Assembly (NCBI GenBank): GCA_044339235.1
Contig: JBIIVV010000001.1
Location: 1-42,379, forward strand
Length of the DNA: 42,379 nt
Reading direction: 5' to 3'
Source of the DNA: Ferruginibacter sp.
GTDB lineage: Bacteria; Bacteroidota; Bacteroidia; Chitinophagales; Chitinophagaceae
The notes under the pieces are model-generated. The model was given only the letters and a program-made list of their open reading frames with translations. It was not told the DNA's origin and did no database searches. Below are positions 29,813 to 40,292 of the stretch, piece by piece. The translations under genes were made by a program, and so were the position numbers. Positions within the stretch are counted from its first letter, which is position 1. Each line of letters starts with the position of its first letter.

Positions 29813-30190
29813 CTATTCAAAATAAGGTATCTCATCATGGCTCACCAATTCTTTTTGCTGCCAATAGGCGAGTGTTACCACATGCCCATCTGGGGCATGT
29901 AACAATCTTCCAAAAATAGCATTTATAGGATTGAATGTGGAGTCAGAGACTCCTACAGTAAAGGTTTCTGCTGAAATTACAGGTAATGGGGCTTGCTCAG
30001 CTTCTGTTTCACTCAACACAGGCGCAGCTGCCGCTTTGGGGGGAGGAGAAGGAACTACCACCACAGTAAATTTATTATACTCCAGCAGCTTTTTTAAAAA
30101 TTCAACTCTTGCCGGGGATACATTTTTTTCTACGATAGCACATTTCACTCCGTCTAGTTCTTCAAATTCGTGATTCTTATTGATTGCCAT
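29813..30190 (-). CDS. Hypothetical soluble protein directly downstream of nuoN
   Basis: 125-aa ORF starting 10 nt after the nuoN stop and filling the gap to glyQS; protein-like composition with a Pro/Ala-rich central loop; family not recognised. Confidence 0.8.
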   Translation of the reverse strand: MAINKNHEFEELDGVKCAIVEKNVSPARVEFLKKLLEYNKFTVVVVPSPPPKAAAAPVLSETEAEQAPLPVISAETFTVGVSDSTFNPINAIFGRLLHAPDGHVVTLAYWQQKELVSHDEIPYFE

Positions 30191-30200
30191 ATACTTTTTG

Positions 30201-31604
30201 TTAAATTGAAAGAGCAGTAATATAATCGTACACCCAACTTAGCAATCCCAATAGTACGATACCTGTACCGCAAATGATCATTCCTAATTTAGTGGAGAGA
30301 TCCAGCTTTATTTTTCCAATAGGTTGTTCGTTGGTATCCATAAACACCGCTCTTATTACCCGAAGATAATAATAGAGTGAAATGATCATGTTGAGTGCTG
30401 CCACAGTAATGAAAAAATAATTTCCTTTGGAAGCCCCGGCTGTGATTAAAAATAATTTTCCAAAAAAACCGGCGGTAGGCGGTATTCCTGCCAAAGAGAA
30501 TAATGCCAGTGCGAGTATCCAACTAATAAATGGATTGGTTTGGTACAAACCCCTGTAATCTTCGATGCGTTCTTTTCCGCTATGCTGGGATATTGCACCG
30601 GCTACACCAAATGCCGCCAGATTGGAAAATACGTACACCAACACAAAGTATACTACTGAAGCTGTTCCCTGAATCGAATTACTACTGATACCCACCAAAA
30701 TAAAACCCACTTGTGCAATAGATGAAAAAGCAAGAAAACGCTTGATGTTTTGTTGTCTCAACGCAAATAGATTACCCACAATCATGGTGATAATGGATAA
30801 AAGCATCACCATATTGTACCAAAGTTCATGCATGGGGGCAAACACTTTATATAAGGTAGTTAGCAAAATAAATGCGATGGACCCTTTTGATATCACTGAT
30901 AAAAAAGAAGTTACGGCAATTGGCGATCCTTCATATACATCTGCCGTCCATAAATGAAAAGGAACGATAGATAACTTAAATGCAAAGGCAGTAAATAAAA
31001 ATACAAAGGCAAGAATTTGCAGACCAGTTCCATCCAATAAGGCGGGTATTTCAGTAAAATTGATAGTACCCGTAGCACCATAAATTAATGAAATACCAAA
31101 CAATAAAACACCAGAAGACAATGCGGATGACAAGATCATTTTCATTGATGCTTCGGAAGATATTTTTTTATGCAAATCGAAATTAGCCATCGCAGCAACT
31201 GGAATGGTAGCCAGTTCGAGTGACAAATAGAACATGAGCAAACTTCCACTCGAAATCATAAAAAACATTCCAAGAACTGAAGATAAAAGCAATATAAAAA
31301 ACTCTGGAAGGTGTTCACTCTTTTTCAACCAATCCGAAAAAAATAAAGAGATCAGGTAAATTCCTAAGCTAAGAATACTTTTTTGAAAGGCTATCAATCC
31401 ATTGGTGGTATACATACCGCCAAACAAACTGCCATTTTCAATAAAGAAAAATCCGTAAATAAAATTTCCTAATAATAGTATTTGAATCAAAGCCAATAGG
31501 CGTTCATTTTTCACCTCGGCTGCCACTTTTATAATCAGTAGCAAGAATAGGATGAAAGCAAGCAACAGCTCAGATTTCATTAAAAGTAAAAAGTCGTTCA
31601 ACAT
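30201..31604 (-). CDS. nuoN: Complex I subunit N
   Basis: Antiporter-like; 'FKLSIVPFHLWTADVYEGSP', 'NIKRFLAFSSIAQ', 'SLAGIPPTAGFFGK'. Confidence 0.95.
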   Translation of the reverse strand: MLNDFLLLMKSELLLAFILFLLLIIKVAAEVKNERLLALIQILLLGNFIYGFFFIENGSLFGGMYTTNGLIAFQKSILSLGIYLISLFFSDWLKKSEHLPEFFILLLSSVLGMFFMISSGSLLMFYLSLELATIPVAAMANFDLHKKISSEASMKMILSSALSSGVLLFGISLIYGATGTINFTEIPALLDGTGLQILAFVFLFTAFAFKLSIVPFHLWTADVYEGSPIAVTSFLSVISKGSIAFILLTTLYKVFAPMHELWYNMVMLLSIITMIVGNLFALRQQNIKRFLAFSSIAQVGFILVGISSNSIQGTASVVYFVLVYVFSNLAAFGVAGAISQHSGKERIEDYRGLYQTNPFISWILALALFSLAGIPPTAGFFGKLFLITAGASKGNYFFITVAALNMIISLYYYLRVIRAVFMDTNEQPIGKIKLDLSTKLGMIICGTGIVLLGLLSWVYDYITALSI

Positions 31605-31685
31605 ACATTTTCAGATTAGGAATTTGAAATACCGGTTCTTCTTTACATTCTGTAACCGGCAATACCTATTGTTTATTTTCCCAAA

Positions 31686-33164
31686 TTATTTTATAGCTAT
31701 TTTGTGCATAATGATATCCGCAGCCGGTGCGACTAGGTCGTTTAACCAAAACGGGGCTATCCCAATTGCAACGATTCCAGCAATCAAAATAATGGCCGCC
31801 AATTTCTCATTCCACCTAGCATCTCCTACAGAAAGGTGACCCTCCTTAATTGGCCCCATTGCTGTTTGCCCAATGGCCCTTAAGATATACACCGCAGTAA
31901 CCACGATCGACATACAAGCTGCAATGGTAGCCACTCGATGAAATAGATCAGCATTTTGCCAAGATCCCATAAAAATAGTCATCTCAGCAACAAAACCACT
32001 TAAGCCCGGAAGACCTAATGAACAAAGACCTACAATAAACAATACAGTTGTAATAAAGGGCATTACTTTTATTAATCCACCCATTTCATCTACCTGCCGC
32101 GTATGCGTTCTTTCGTAAATCATACCAATTACGGCAAAGAAAAGAGCAGTCATTAAACCATGTGAAACCATTTGCATCACGGCGCCGACCATGGCTGTTT
32201 TGGTTAACATGCCAATCCCCAACAAAACAAAACCGCAATGGCTAACAGAAGAATATGCATTGATATATTTCAAGTCCTTCTGCATCATGGTAGCAAAGGC
32301 ACCGTATAAAATTGCAATGGTAGAAAGTACAATGACCACGTTTGCGTATTCCTTAGCTCCATCAGGCAAAATATAGGTAGCAACTCTCAAGCAGCCGTAT
32401 CCACCTAGTTTCATGGAGATGCCCGCCAAAAACATCGAACCTGCAGTGGGAGCAGATGAGTGTCCATCAGGCACCCAAGTGTGAAAAGGAAACAATGCCG
32501 TAAAAACGCCAAATCCAACAAATAACAAAGGAAAACAAATTTTCTGAATTGCTATGGGAATATGCATGCTAGAAAGCAACATCAAGTCGAAATTATGATT
32601 CGGGGCCCCAAAATAAACGCCTAATAAACCTACCAACACCAATGCTGAACCTCCCATTAACATTAGAGCCAGCTTATTGGCTGCATATTCCTTTTTTCCA
32701 CTTCCCCAAATACCAATCAGCAGGTATTTCGGGATAACTGCTATTTCAAGAAAGAAAAAAAGAACGAATAGGTCAAGCGAAATAAAAAAACCATAGGCTC
32801 CTAAACTCAAAAGAATAAGTAGAAAATAAAACTCCTTCGTCATTTTTGTAACATTCCAAGAAACGAGCACCCCCGCGATTACAACAAATGCGGTTAACAA
32901 AATCATGGCTACCGAAATTCCGTCTACTCCCAAATGAAAACTGATCCCCCAACTGGGAAACCAGTTGTGCTGAAATTCAAAAAGCATCTGTGCGACATTA
33001 CCCACTGCCCTTTCTTTTCGAAAAGAAAATAACAAATAAAGGGCCAGAACAAATTGGGCCGACGACCCCATCAATGCGGTCCACTTCACCTGCGCATCAT
33101 TGCGCATCAGCAAAATAGCAACTGCCGTCAGTAGCGGGAGCAGTATCAGTAAGGTTAAATTCAT
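31686..33164 (-). CDS. nuoM: Complex I subunit M
   Basis: 'LGVDGIS', 'FPFHTWVPDGHSSAPT', 'MKLGGYG', 'AYSSVSH', 'SLGLPGLSGFVAE'. Confidence 0.95.
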   Translation of the reverse strand: MNLTLLILLPLLTAVAILLMRNDAQVKWTALMGSSAQFVLALYLLFSFRKERAVGNVAQMLFEFQHNWFPSWGISFHLGVDGISVAMILLTAFVVIAGVLVSWNVTKMTKEFYFLLILLSLGAYGFFISLDLFVLFFFLEIAVIPKYLLIGIWGSGKKEYAANKLALMLMGGSALVLVGLLGVYFGAPNHNFDLMLLSSMHIPIAIQKICFPLLFVGFGVFTALFPFHTWVPDGHSSAPTAGSMFLAGISMKLGGYGCLRVATYILPDGAKEYANVVIVLSTIAILYGAFATMMQKDLKYINAYSSVSHCGFVLLGIGMLTKTAMVGAVMQMVSHGLMTALFFAVIGMIYERTHTRQVDEMGGLIKVMPFITTVLFIVGLCSLGLPGLSGFVAEMTIFMGSWQNADLFHRVATIAACMSIVVTAVYILRAIGQTAMGPIKEGHLSVGDARWNEKLAAIILIAGIVAIGIAPFWLNDLVAPAADIIMHKIAIK

Positions 33165-33255
33165 GTAGTCGTTTGTAAATATATTTGTTAAACTATTTTT
33201 TTTCTCGTGCCGTGCAAATATTAATTACTCGTTTTTGTACCGCTTCGGCATTTAC

Positions 33256-35238
33256 TTATTTCCATACATAAATAAACAATATCGCAAGACCAATTACACC
33301 GGCTAAAAAGTAAATAGCATACTGTTGCACTTTACCAGATTGAAAACCCTTAATTTTTTCTGAAATAAATAGCGTTGAGTTTCCTGTTGCATTCACCAAC
33401 CCATTCACCACATTTTTATCAAACCAAGCAGCGGGCCTTCCAACAAGATTGAACAATATTTTTTTAGTAATAAACAAATACAATTCATCCACATAAAATT
33501 TGTGAAAAGTCAGTTGGTAAAACCCCCTCAATGAATGAGCAATGGTATCGGACTTATTGGTTTGTTTTTTATATAGCCACATTGCTGTAAATATTCCTGC
33601 AAGCCCCAATGCAACTGGGGCTATGGAAAATTGATAATGAAATACCGATTCCAAAGGTTTTCCATCAGAACTTACAAAATCACCAAATGGAATAAAGCCT
33701 GCAGCAGCAGCACCCACAGATAAAAGAACTAGGGGCAGCATCATTGCAAATCCTCCCTCACCATGTGCAGATCCATGAACCAACGACTCCTTGTTCCAGA
33801 AAATAGAAAAATATAAGCGAAACATATAAAAAGCCGTTAAGCCAGATGTAATCAAAGCAATCCAATAAATAGTCGCATTGTGCTGGTAAGCTGCTAACAA
33901 TATTTCTTCTTTGCTAAAAAATCCCGCAAAGGGCGGTACACCTGAAATTGCCAAACAAGCAATTAAAAAAGTAATATGCGTAATGGGTAAATACTTTCTT
34001 AATCCACCCATGTCTTTCATTTCATTACTATGTATAAAATGAATTACAGCACCTGCTCCCAAAAACAAAAGGGCTTTAAAGAGTGCATGGGTAAACAGGT
34101 GAAACATTGCAGCAGTAAAACCAAGTCCATTTTCTCCACCTGAGCCAGATACTCCTAAGGCAAACATCATAAAACCTATTTGCGACATGGTTGAATAAGC
34201 TAACACCCTTTTAATATCAGTTTGCGTGCAAGCGATTAGCGCAGCGAATAGAGCGGAAATGATACCAACATAAGCAACCACTTCAAGTGCAGGTGCCGAC
34301 ATGCTGAAAACAGGAAACAATCTAGCCACTAAAAATACTCCCGCCACTACCATAGTGGCCGCATGTATTAATGCGGAAACGGGCGTGGGGCCTTCCATAG
34401 CATCGGGCAGCCAAACATGCAGTGGAAATAAAGCACTTTTACCTGCCCCACCAATGAATACCAAAACCAATGCCCAAGTTAAAGCAGAAATACCCATAAA
34501 AGATGCCGCAGTAACTGTCTGGAATTCGGGAGTGGAGGTGGTAGTCAATTTTAGAATAAGGGTATGAAAATCCAATGTTCCTGCATAAAAGGACAATATC
34601 AAAATGCCAATTAAAAATCCTAGGTCGGCAAAACGGGTAACAATAAACGCTTTTTTACAAGCTGCCACAGCACTGGGTCGATCGTAATAATAGCCTATTA
34701 ATAAGAAGGAGGAAACCCCTACTAGTTCCCAAAAGATATACATCTGGAAAATATTGGAAGCCATCACCAGCCCCAACATCGAAAAAGTAAATAATCCAAG
34801 AAATGCATAATAGGTGGGAAATCTTTCTTCCCCCTTTAAGTAGGCCAAACTGTAAATATGTACCATTAAAGAAATCAACGTAACCACTACCAGCATCATC
34901 ACCGAAATAGGATCGAGCAAGATCCCCATATCAATGGATACTCCCGGTGAAAACTGAAGCCAGGTAAATTGAATCGGAATAATTTTTTGATACACTCCCT
35001 CCAATTTTCCATACTTAAAAAAATATCCATAGGCGGTGTGGAAAGACAAAAAAGCGGAGACCAATACAAGTGCCGTTGCAAAAATGCCCGATGATAGCTT
35101 CATATGTTTTCTTCCAAACAAACCAAGCACCAAGAACCCCAGTAGCGGAAGTAAGGGAATCATCAATAATGCCCATCCCAGATCTACTCCAAAAGAAAAG
35201 ACCCCGAGCATTTGGATTTGTAACAATTCATTCATCAT
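33256..35238 (-). CDS. nuoL: Complex I subunit L
   Basis: 'FWELVGVSS', 'GKSALFPLHVWLPDAMEGPTPVSALIHAATMV', 'HLFTHALFKALLFL'. Confidence 0.96.
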   Translation of the reverse strand: MMNELLQIQMLGVFSFGVDLGWALLMIPLLPLLGFLVLGLFGRKHMKLSSGIFATALVLVSAFLSFHTAYGYFFKYGKLEGVYQKIIPIQFTWLQFSPGVSIDMGILLDPISVMMLVVVTLISLMVHIYSLAYLKGEERFPTYYAFLGLFTFSMLGLVMASNIFQMYIFWELVGVSSFLLIGYYYDRPSAVAACKKAFIVTRFADLGFLIGILILSFYAGTLDFHTLILKLTTTSTPEFQTVTAASFMGISALTWALVLVFIGGAGKSALFPLHVWLPDAMEGPTPVSALIHAATMVVAGVFLVARLFPVFSMSAPALEVVAYVGIISALFAALIACTQTDIKRVLAYSTMSQIGFMMFALGVSGSGGENGLGFTAAMFHLFTHALFKALLFLGAGAVIHFIHSNEMKDMGGLRKYLPITHITFLIACLAISGVPPFAGFFSKEEILLAAYQHNATIYWIALITSGLTAFYMFRLYFSIFWNKESLVHGSAHGEGGFAMMLPLVLLSVGAAAAGFIPFGDFVSSDGKPLESVFHYQFSIAPVALGLAGIFTAMWLYKKQTNKSDTIAHSLRGFYQLTFHKFYVDELYLFITKKILFNLVGRPAAWFDKNVVNGLVNATGNSTLFISEKIKGFQSGKVQQYAIYFLAGVIGLAILFIYVWK

Positions 35239-35285
35239 ATTATAATTGGGCTTTCCCTTTTATTCAGCCATAAAAAGGGAAACTT

Positions 35286-35600
35286 TTAAAATTTTAAATC
35301 CGCTGCGTTTTCTACATCGATTGATTGGTGACTTCTGTACAAATTGATGATGATTGCTATTGCTACCGCAGCTTCTGCTGCAGCAATAGCAATAATAAAA
35401 ATTGAAAAGAACAATCCATCCAATTTATTAGGCCATACATATTTATTGAATGCAATAAAATTAATGTTCACACTATTGAGCACCAACTCAATACTCATCA
35501 ACATAGTAATCAAGTTGCGGCGAGTAAGAAACCCGAATACCCCTATAAAAAAAAGGGCGGTGCTAATAATCAATACATGGTATAATCCTGGTTCCATCAT
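35286..35600 (-). CDS. nuoK: Complex I subunit K
   Basis: 'RRNLITMLMSIELVLN', 'IAAAEAAVA'. Confidence 0.96.
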   Translation of the reverse strand: MMEPGLYHVLIISTALFFIGVFGFLTRRNLITMLMSIELVLNSVNINFIAFNKYVWPNKLDGLFFSIFIIAIAAAEAAVAIAIIINLYRSHQSIDVENAADLKF

Positions 35601-36115
35601 ACAGTTTCGGGTTTAGAACGTAAAGCAATTACAATACAACCAATCATTGCCGCAAGCAGCAGTATACTCACCACTTCGAAAGGCAATGCAAATCCATTGG
35701 CTTCTACTCCCAACATTTGATTACCGATATTCTCCATGCTGGGTAAAACCGGCCGCTCAAAGCTTCTGCCGAATGTATGCCGAAAAATCTGCAACAATGT
35801 TAATGCAAAACCACAAAAAGCTGCCAGCACTGAAAATAAAATTCTTCCTTTATTTTGCTTGGGCAATAACTCTCCTGCCTGCTGTGTTAAAAAAATGGAG
35901 AAAATGATTAGCACCGTAATGCCACCTACATACACCACAATCTGTACAGCTGCAATAAATTCATACTGCATCCAGAAATACAAACCTGCAATACCTATTA
36001 ATGAAAACAATAAAAAAATGGCTGCCCGAAATATTTTTCGCGTAGTTACCGATAGGATTCCGCTCACCAAGATAAGCGTTGTCAGTAGGTAAAAGATAAT
36101 AGTTGATCCGCTCAT
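35597..36115 (-). CDS. nuoJ: Complex I subunit J
   Basis: 'EFIAAVQIVVYVGGITVL', 'LPFEVVSILLLAAMIG'; 4-nt overlap with nuoK. Confidence 0.95.
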   Translation of the reverse strand: MSGSTIIFYLLTTLILVSGILSVTTRKIFRAAIFLLFSLIGIAGLYFWMQYEFIAAVQIVVYVGGITVLIIFSIFLTQQAGELLPKQNKGRILFSVLAAFCGFALTLLQIFRHTFGRSFERPVLPSMENIGNQMLGVEANGFALPFEVVSILLLAAMIGCIVIALRSKPETV

Positions 36116-36189
36116 TGAAAAATGGTTGTATAAAATTGTAAACGCTATAAATTAAAAAAATGTGTTCCCAGCTGCGCATGTGATTTTGC

Positions 36190-36666
36190 TTATTCCACTC
36201 CTTCCCTGACCTTAGACTCGGGTTTATTTAAAACTTTCGTAAGCTCAGCCCTATTAAACACACTATGCTCAAATGTTTGTGCCATTTTAATGGCATCTGT
36301 AGGGCAAGCCACTACGCAAAGATTACACATCGTACAAAGCTCTAAGTGATAAACAAATTTGTCAATCGCTTTTTTCTTTTTCCCTTCGGGACTGATGTCG
36401 AATTTGGTAATGATTTTAATGGTAGCATTGGGACAAGCCAGTTCGCAAGCTGTACAGCCCGTACAAGCATGTTCGTTATTTTCATCATGCCCCATCACTA
36501 CTTCTCCCTTAAACCTATCCGGAAAAACCAGCGTATCCCTGTTATCTGGATATTGCTGGGTAATAATTTCATTGTGATGTGTGAAATAATAAAGCGTACG
36601 TCGAAGACCTATGGCCAATGATTTGAGTCCGCTAAAAACTTCTTTGATATATTTTACAATAAACAT
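36190..36666 (-). CDS. nuoI: Complex I subunit I, 2x[4Fe-4S]
   Basis: 'TQQYP', 'CTGCTACELACP', 'CTMCNLCVVACP'. Confidence 0.95.
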   Translation of the reverse strand: MFIVKYIKEVFSGLKSLAIGLRRTLYYFTHHNEIITQQYPDNRDTLVFPDRFKGEVVMGHDENNEHACTGCTACELACPNATIKIITKFDISPEGKKKKAIDKFVYHLELCTMCNLCVVACPTDAIKMAQTFEHSVFNRAELTKVLNKPESKVREGVE

Positions 36667-36728
36667 AATTCGCTATCAATTTTTATCTTTTCATTGAGGT
36701 CTCCTGAATTCAGCAGACTTACATATTG

Positions 36729-37805
36729 CTAAAAATGCCAACCCAATATTGCCATCAGTGTAACCAGCAGTAAATTAAACATACTGATAGGCAATAAATA
36801 TTTCCATTCCAAATCTAGCAACTGGTCAATGCGCAATCTTGGAAAAGTCCACCTAAACCACATGATTAGAAATATCAGAAAAAATGTTTTTCCAAAAAAC
36901 CAAATACTGGAGGGAATAAAATCCATCACATGATTAAACGCTTCCCAATGGCCAATATGAAAAGGCATCCATCCACCTAGAAACAAGGTGGCGCCGATGG
37001 CACATACAATAAATACATTGATATATTCCGCTAAAAAAAACAATGCAAACTTCATTCCTGAATACTCGGTATGAAATCCTGCGGTAAGTTCAGACTCAGC
37101 TTCTGCTAAATCGAAAGGAGCCCGGTTGGTTTCGGCGGTTACGGCAATGATAAAAATAAGGAAGGCAATAAATACAGGGATATGTCCCTTAAAAATCCAC
37201 CATCCATCTGCCTGTGATTGAATAATGTCATTCAAATTTAAACTGCCAGACAATACCACAATTGCCATAATAGATAAGCCGGCAGATAATTCATAACTCA
37301 CGATTTGTGCACCACTTCGCATAGCCCCCATCAATGAATACTTATTGTTACTTGCCCAGCCCGCCATTAAAATACTGATTACCATTAGAGAAGAAATTGC
37401 CGTTACATACAACACTCCAATATTGAGATCCCACAATTGAAAATTACTGGCAAAGGCAATCGGCGCCATTAATAACATCGCTACCATCATCGCAATAATA
37501 GGCGCGAGATTAAATAAAAATTTATCGGCCCCATCAGGTGTCATACCTTCTTTTACCAACAACTTAACTGTATCCGCCAGCGACTGCAACATCCCTCCAG
37601 GCCCAACCCGATTAGGTCCTAAGCGAATTTGTATCCATGCTGCCACCCTTCTTTCCATGAGTACCAACACCAATCCCAGCAGGGCAAAAAGCGTGATTAC
37701 ACAAATGCCGGCAATCACCATTTCGATTACCATTGTCCAAGTAGGCGAAAAGGTTTCACTCAGCCAGCTATCCAGTATGTTTGATATTTTTGAGAAACTC
37801 CACAT
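36729..37805 (-). CDS. nuoH: Complex I subunit H
   Basis: 'ERRVAAWIQIRLGPNRVG', 'AQIVSYE', 'AETNRAPFDLAEAESEL', 'PRLRIDQ'; start ATG 37805 (or 37817). Confidence 0.96.
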   Translation of the reverse strand: MWSFSKISNILDSWLSETFSPTWTMVIEMVIAGICVITLFALLGLVLVLMERRVAAWIQIRLGPNRVGPGGMLQSLADTVKLLVKEGMTPDGADKFLFNLAPIIAMMVAMLLMAPIAFASNFQLWDLNIGVLYVTAISSLMVISILMAGWASNNKYSLMGAMRSGAQIVSYELSAGLSIMAIVVLSGSLNLNDIIQSQADGWWIFKGHIPVFIAFLIFIIAVTAETNRAPFDLAEAESELTAGFHTEYSGMKFALFFLAEYINVFIVCAIGATLFLGGWMPFHIGHWEAFNHVMDFIPSSIWFFGKTFFLIFLIMWFRWTFPRLRIDQLLDLEWKYLLPISMFNLLLVTLMAILGWHF

Positions 37806-37906
37806 TTTATAGTGCAATCATTTATTTTTTTTCAATAAAAACAGATCGTACAAATTAACAATTTTACATTTCAGTCATCCTTGTTTTGGGATGAATGCGT
37901 TTCAAC

Positions 37907-39022
37907 TTATCGATCGATATCTGGTATCACCAAATCCAATGTACCCATCATTGCTACCAGATCGCCTAGCTTACTCCCTCTGGCCATATGATCCAGCGCA
38001 GATAGATTAGAAAATCCCGGTGAACGAAATTTTATTCTGTAGGGGGTAGACGCCCCTTCGCTCACAATATACACTCCTAACTCGCCTCTTGCTGTTTCTA
38101 CTCGTTGGTAAAATTCTCCCTTGGGCAGTTTCAACACTGCTTTTGTTTTGGCTTGAAAATCACCTTCGGGAATATTGTCAATGAGCTGTTCTATAATCCG
38201 AACGGATTGATTCATTTCTCTTACTCTAACCATGTATCTAGCAAAAGAATCGCCACCGGTTTCCAATATTTCGTCAAACTCAAGTTGTTCATATATTTCA
38301 TAAGGATACAACTTTCGGATATCACATGAAACGCCACTACCCCTAGCCGTTGGACCGGTGCACCCAAAAGAGATAGCATCTTCAGCAGATAAAAAACCAA
38401 CGCCCTTCATCCTATTTTGAAAAATAATATTTCCCGTAACCATTTCGCTGTATTCATTGATTTTGGATTTGTACAAGGCTATAAAATCCTTCACCCTACG
38501 TTGAAAATTTGGATGTATATCTTGCATCACGCCACCTGGCACCATATAATTCATGGTAAGTCTTGCTCCACAGGTTTCCTCCATGATGTCATTGATAGCT
38601 TCGCGTTCGCGGAAGGCATGAAAGAAAGGGGTGAAAGCTCCCAGGTCCATCGCCATTGCACCCCACCATAGTTCATGTGATGCAATTCTTGTTAATTCAT
38701 CCATCAAAATTCTTATCACCTGTGCTCTTGAAGGTATTTCTACCTGCATTCCTTTTTCTACACATAATGCACAAGCATGATTATTAATATGAGAAGACAA
38801 GTAATCCATCCGGCTAGTTACGTATATGAATTGACGGTAGCTTAAGCTCTCGCACATTTTTTCAATAGAGCGATGGATAAAGCCAAGGTGTGGCTCTACT
38901 TTTTGAATGGTTTCACCATTGATGGTAATCACTAAGTGCAACACGCCATGGGTGGCAGGATGCTGTGGTCCTACATTAATGATAATATCCCCCGCGGGTG
39001 TGCTGCCTATTTCTTCAACCAT
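37907..39022 (-). CDS. nuoD: Complex I subunit D
   Basis: 'NVGPQHPATHGVL', 'GFIHRSIEK', 'RMDYLS', C-terminal 'DLVIPDIDR'; no NiFe-binding CxxC motifs. Confidence 0.95.
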   Translation of the reverse strand: MVEEIGSTPAGDIIINVGPQHPATHGVLHLVITINGETIQKVEPHLGFIHRSIEKMCESLSYRQFIYVTSRMDYLSSHINNHACALCVEKGMQVEIPSRAQVIRILMDELTRIASHELWWGAMAMDLGAFTPFFHAFREREAINDIMEETCGARLTMNYMVPGGVMQDIHPNFQRRVKDFIALYKSKINEYSEMVTGNIIFQNRMKGVGFLSAEDAISFGCTGPTARGSGVSCDIRKLYPYEIYEQLEFDEILETGGDSFARYMVRVREMNQSVRIIEQLIDNIPEGDFQAKTKAVLKLPKGEFYQRVETARGELGVYIVSEGASTPYRIKFRSPGFSNLSALDHMARGSKLGDLVAMMGTLDLVIPDIDR

Positions 39023-39130
39023 AATTTTTTTCTAAAAAAGCAACGTGAACGTTTTATTATAAAATGTTGTTTTCGAATCTAACTTATTCAAAACAAATGT
39101 TTTTTCAGCTTGCCCCTTTCTTATGATCGA

Positions 39131-39589
39131 CTACAATTTAATCATGTTAATGGGGTCTTCAAAATCCTTCAGCATAGGATTCTTACCTTCCCATCCATCT
39201 GGCAAAATCAGTAACCTCAAATCAGGATGGTGCAAGAAATTTACCCCAAACATTTCATACACTTCGCGTTCATGAAAATTAGCCGTCTTCCAGATATCAC
39301 TCACCGTTTCGATTGCAGGATTCGTTTTCTCCAATTTTACTTTCACCACTATATTGTGGCGATATTTGGTAGAATCTAAATGATATACCATGGTAAGATG
39401 TGTTTTCCAGTCAATACAAGTAAGACAAAAAAGATAATCAAAACACAAGTCCTCCTGCTGTCGGAGTTGTGTTGCCAATAAATGCCAATTGGCTGATTCC
39501 ACCAGCAGGGTGAGCCACTGAGCACCCTCTTCGAAAGCAACTGTAGGCAACAGTTCCGTAATTTTTTCTTGTACTATTTCGTTGGTCAT
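39131..39589 (-). CDS. nuoC: Complex I subunit C
   Basis: 'ANFHEREVYEMFGVNF..HPDLRLLILP', 'PMLKDF'; likely start ATG 39589 (ORF track 39604). Confidence 0.94.
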   Translation of the reverse strand: MTNEIVQEKITELLPTVAFEEGAQWLTLLVESANWHLLATQLRQQEDLCFDYLFCLTCIDWKTHLTMVYHLDSTKYRHNIVVKVKLEKTNPAIETVSDIWKTANFHEREVYEMFGVNFLHHPDLRLLILPDGWEGKNPMLKDFEDPINMIKL

Positions 39590-39604
39590 ATAAATCAAAA
39601 TCAA

Positions 39605-40189
39605 TTAAAGCTGGTGCAATATATCTCCGCCAGTTGCCGGCTTGGGCACCTGAATCTGCTCTCTAGTTAATCCACTCTTTATTTTTTGTTGTAAACTGAT
39701 TAGAGCATGTAATAGCGCTTCAGGTCGGGGCGGGCAACCGGCAACATATACATCAACCGGTATCACATGGTCGGCTCCTTTTACCACTGAATAGGTATTG
39801 TAAAAGAAGGGTCCGCCACTAATGGCACAGGCTCCCATTGCAATTACATACTTGGGGTCTGCCATTTGATCATACAACCTTTTTAAAACCGGCGCCATTT
39901 TATTGACGATCGTACCTGCAATGATAATCACATCTGCCTGACGGGGAGAAGCCCTTGCTACCTCAAATCCAAAACGCGAAAAATCATATTTGGCGGCAGC
40001 TACCGACATCATTTCAATGCCGCAGCAACTGGTAGCAAATGTGAGTGGCCACAATGAGTTTGAGCGGGCCCAATTGATCACATCATCGAGCTTACTCAAT
40101 ACAATTCCACCACCCGGTGTCTCATGAATTTGACCGGGAAAGTCTACTTTCTCTGAAGTTGCGACTGAATTATTAGAAGTGATGCCCAT
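39605..40189 (-). CDS. nuoB: Complex I subunit B
   Basis: 'WARSNSLWP', 'SCCGIEMM', 'ASPRQAD', 'MGACA', 'GCPPRPE'. Confidence 0.97.
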   Translation of the reverse strand: MGITSNNSVATSEKVDFPGQIHETPGGGIVLSKLDDVINWARSNSLWPLTFATSCCGIEMMSVAAAKYDFSRFGFEVARASPRQADVIIIAGTIVNKMAPVLKRLYDQMADPKYVIAMGACAISGGPFFYNTYSVVKGADHVIPVDVYVAGCPPRPEALLHALISLQQKIKSGLTREQIQVPKPATGGDILHQL

Positions 40190-40292
40190 TGTCTTATATT
40201 TCGATTGATGATGCTTATATTAAAAATATTTCAAAAAACCGGCCAACCATCCGCTTCATCCACATATAGCTAGAACACTTGTTAAGCAAGGA

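Noticed and set aside
37907-40189. Possible group 4 [NiFe]-hydrogenase
   Set aside because: The large subunit lacks both CxxC Ni-binding motifs (RMDYLS and DLVIPDIDR instead), and NuoB has the tandem CC of complex I.
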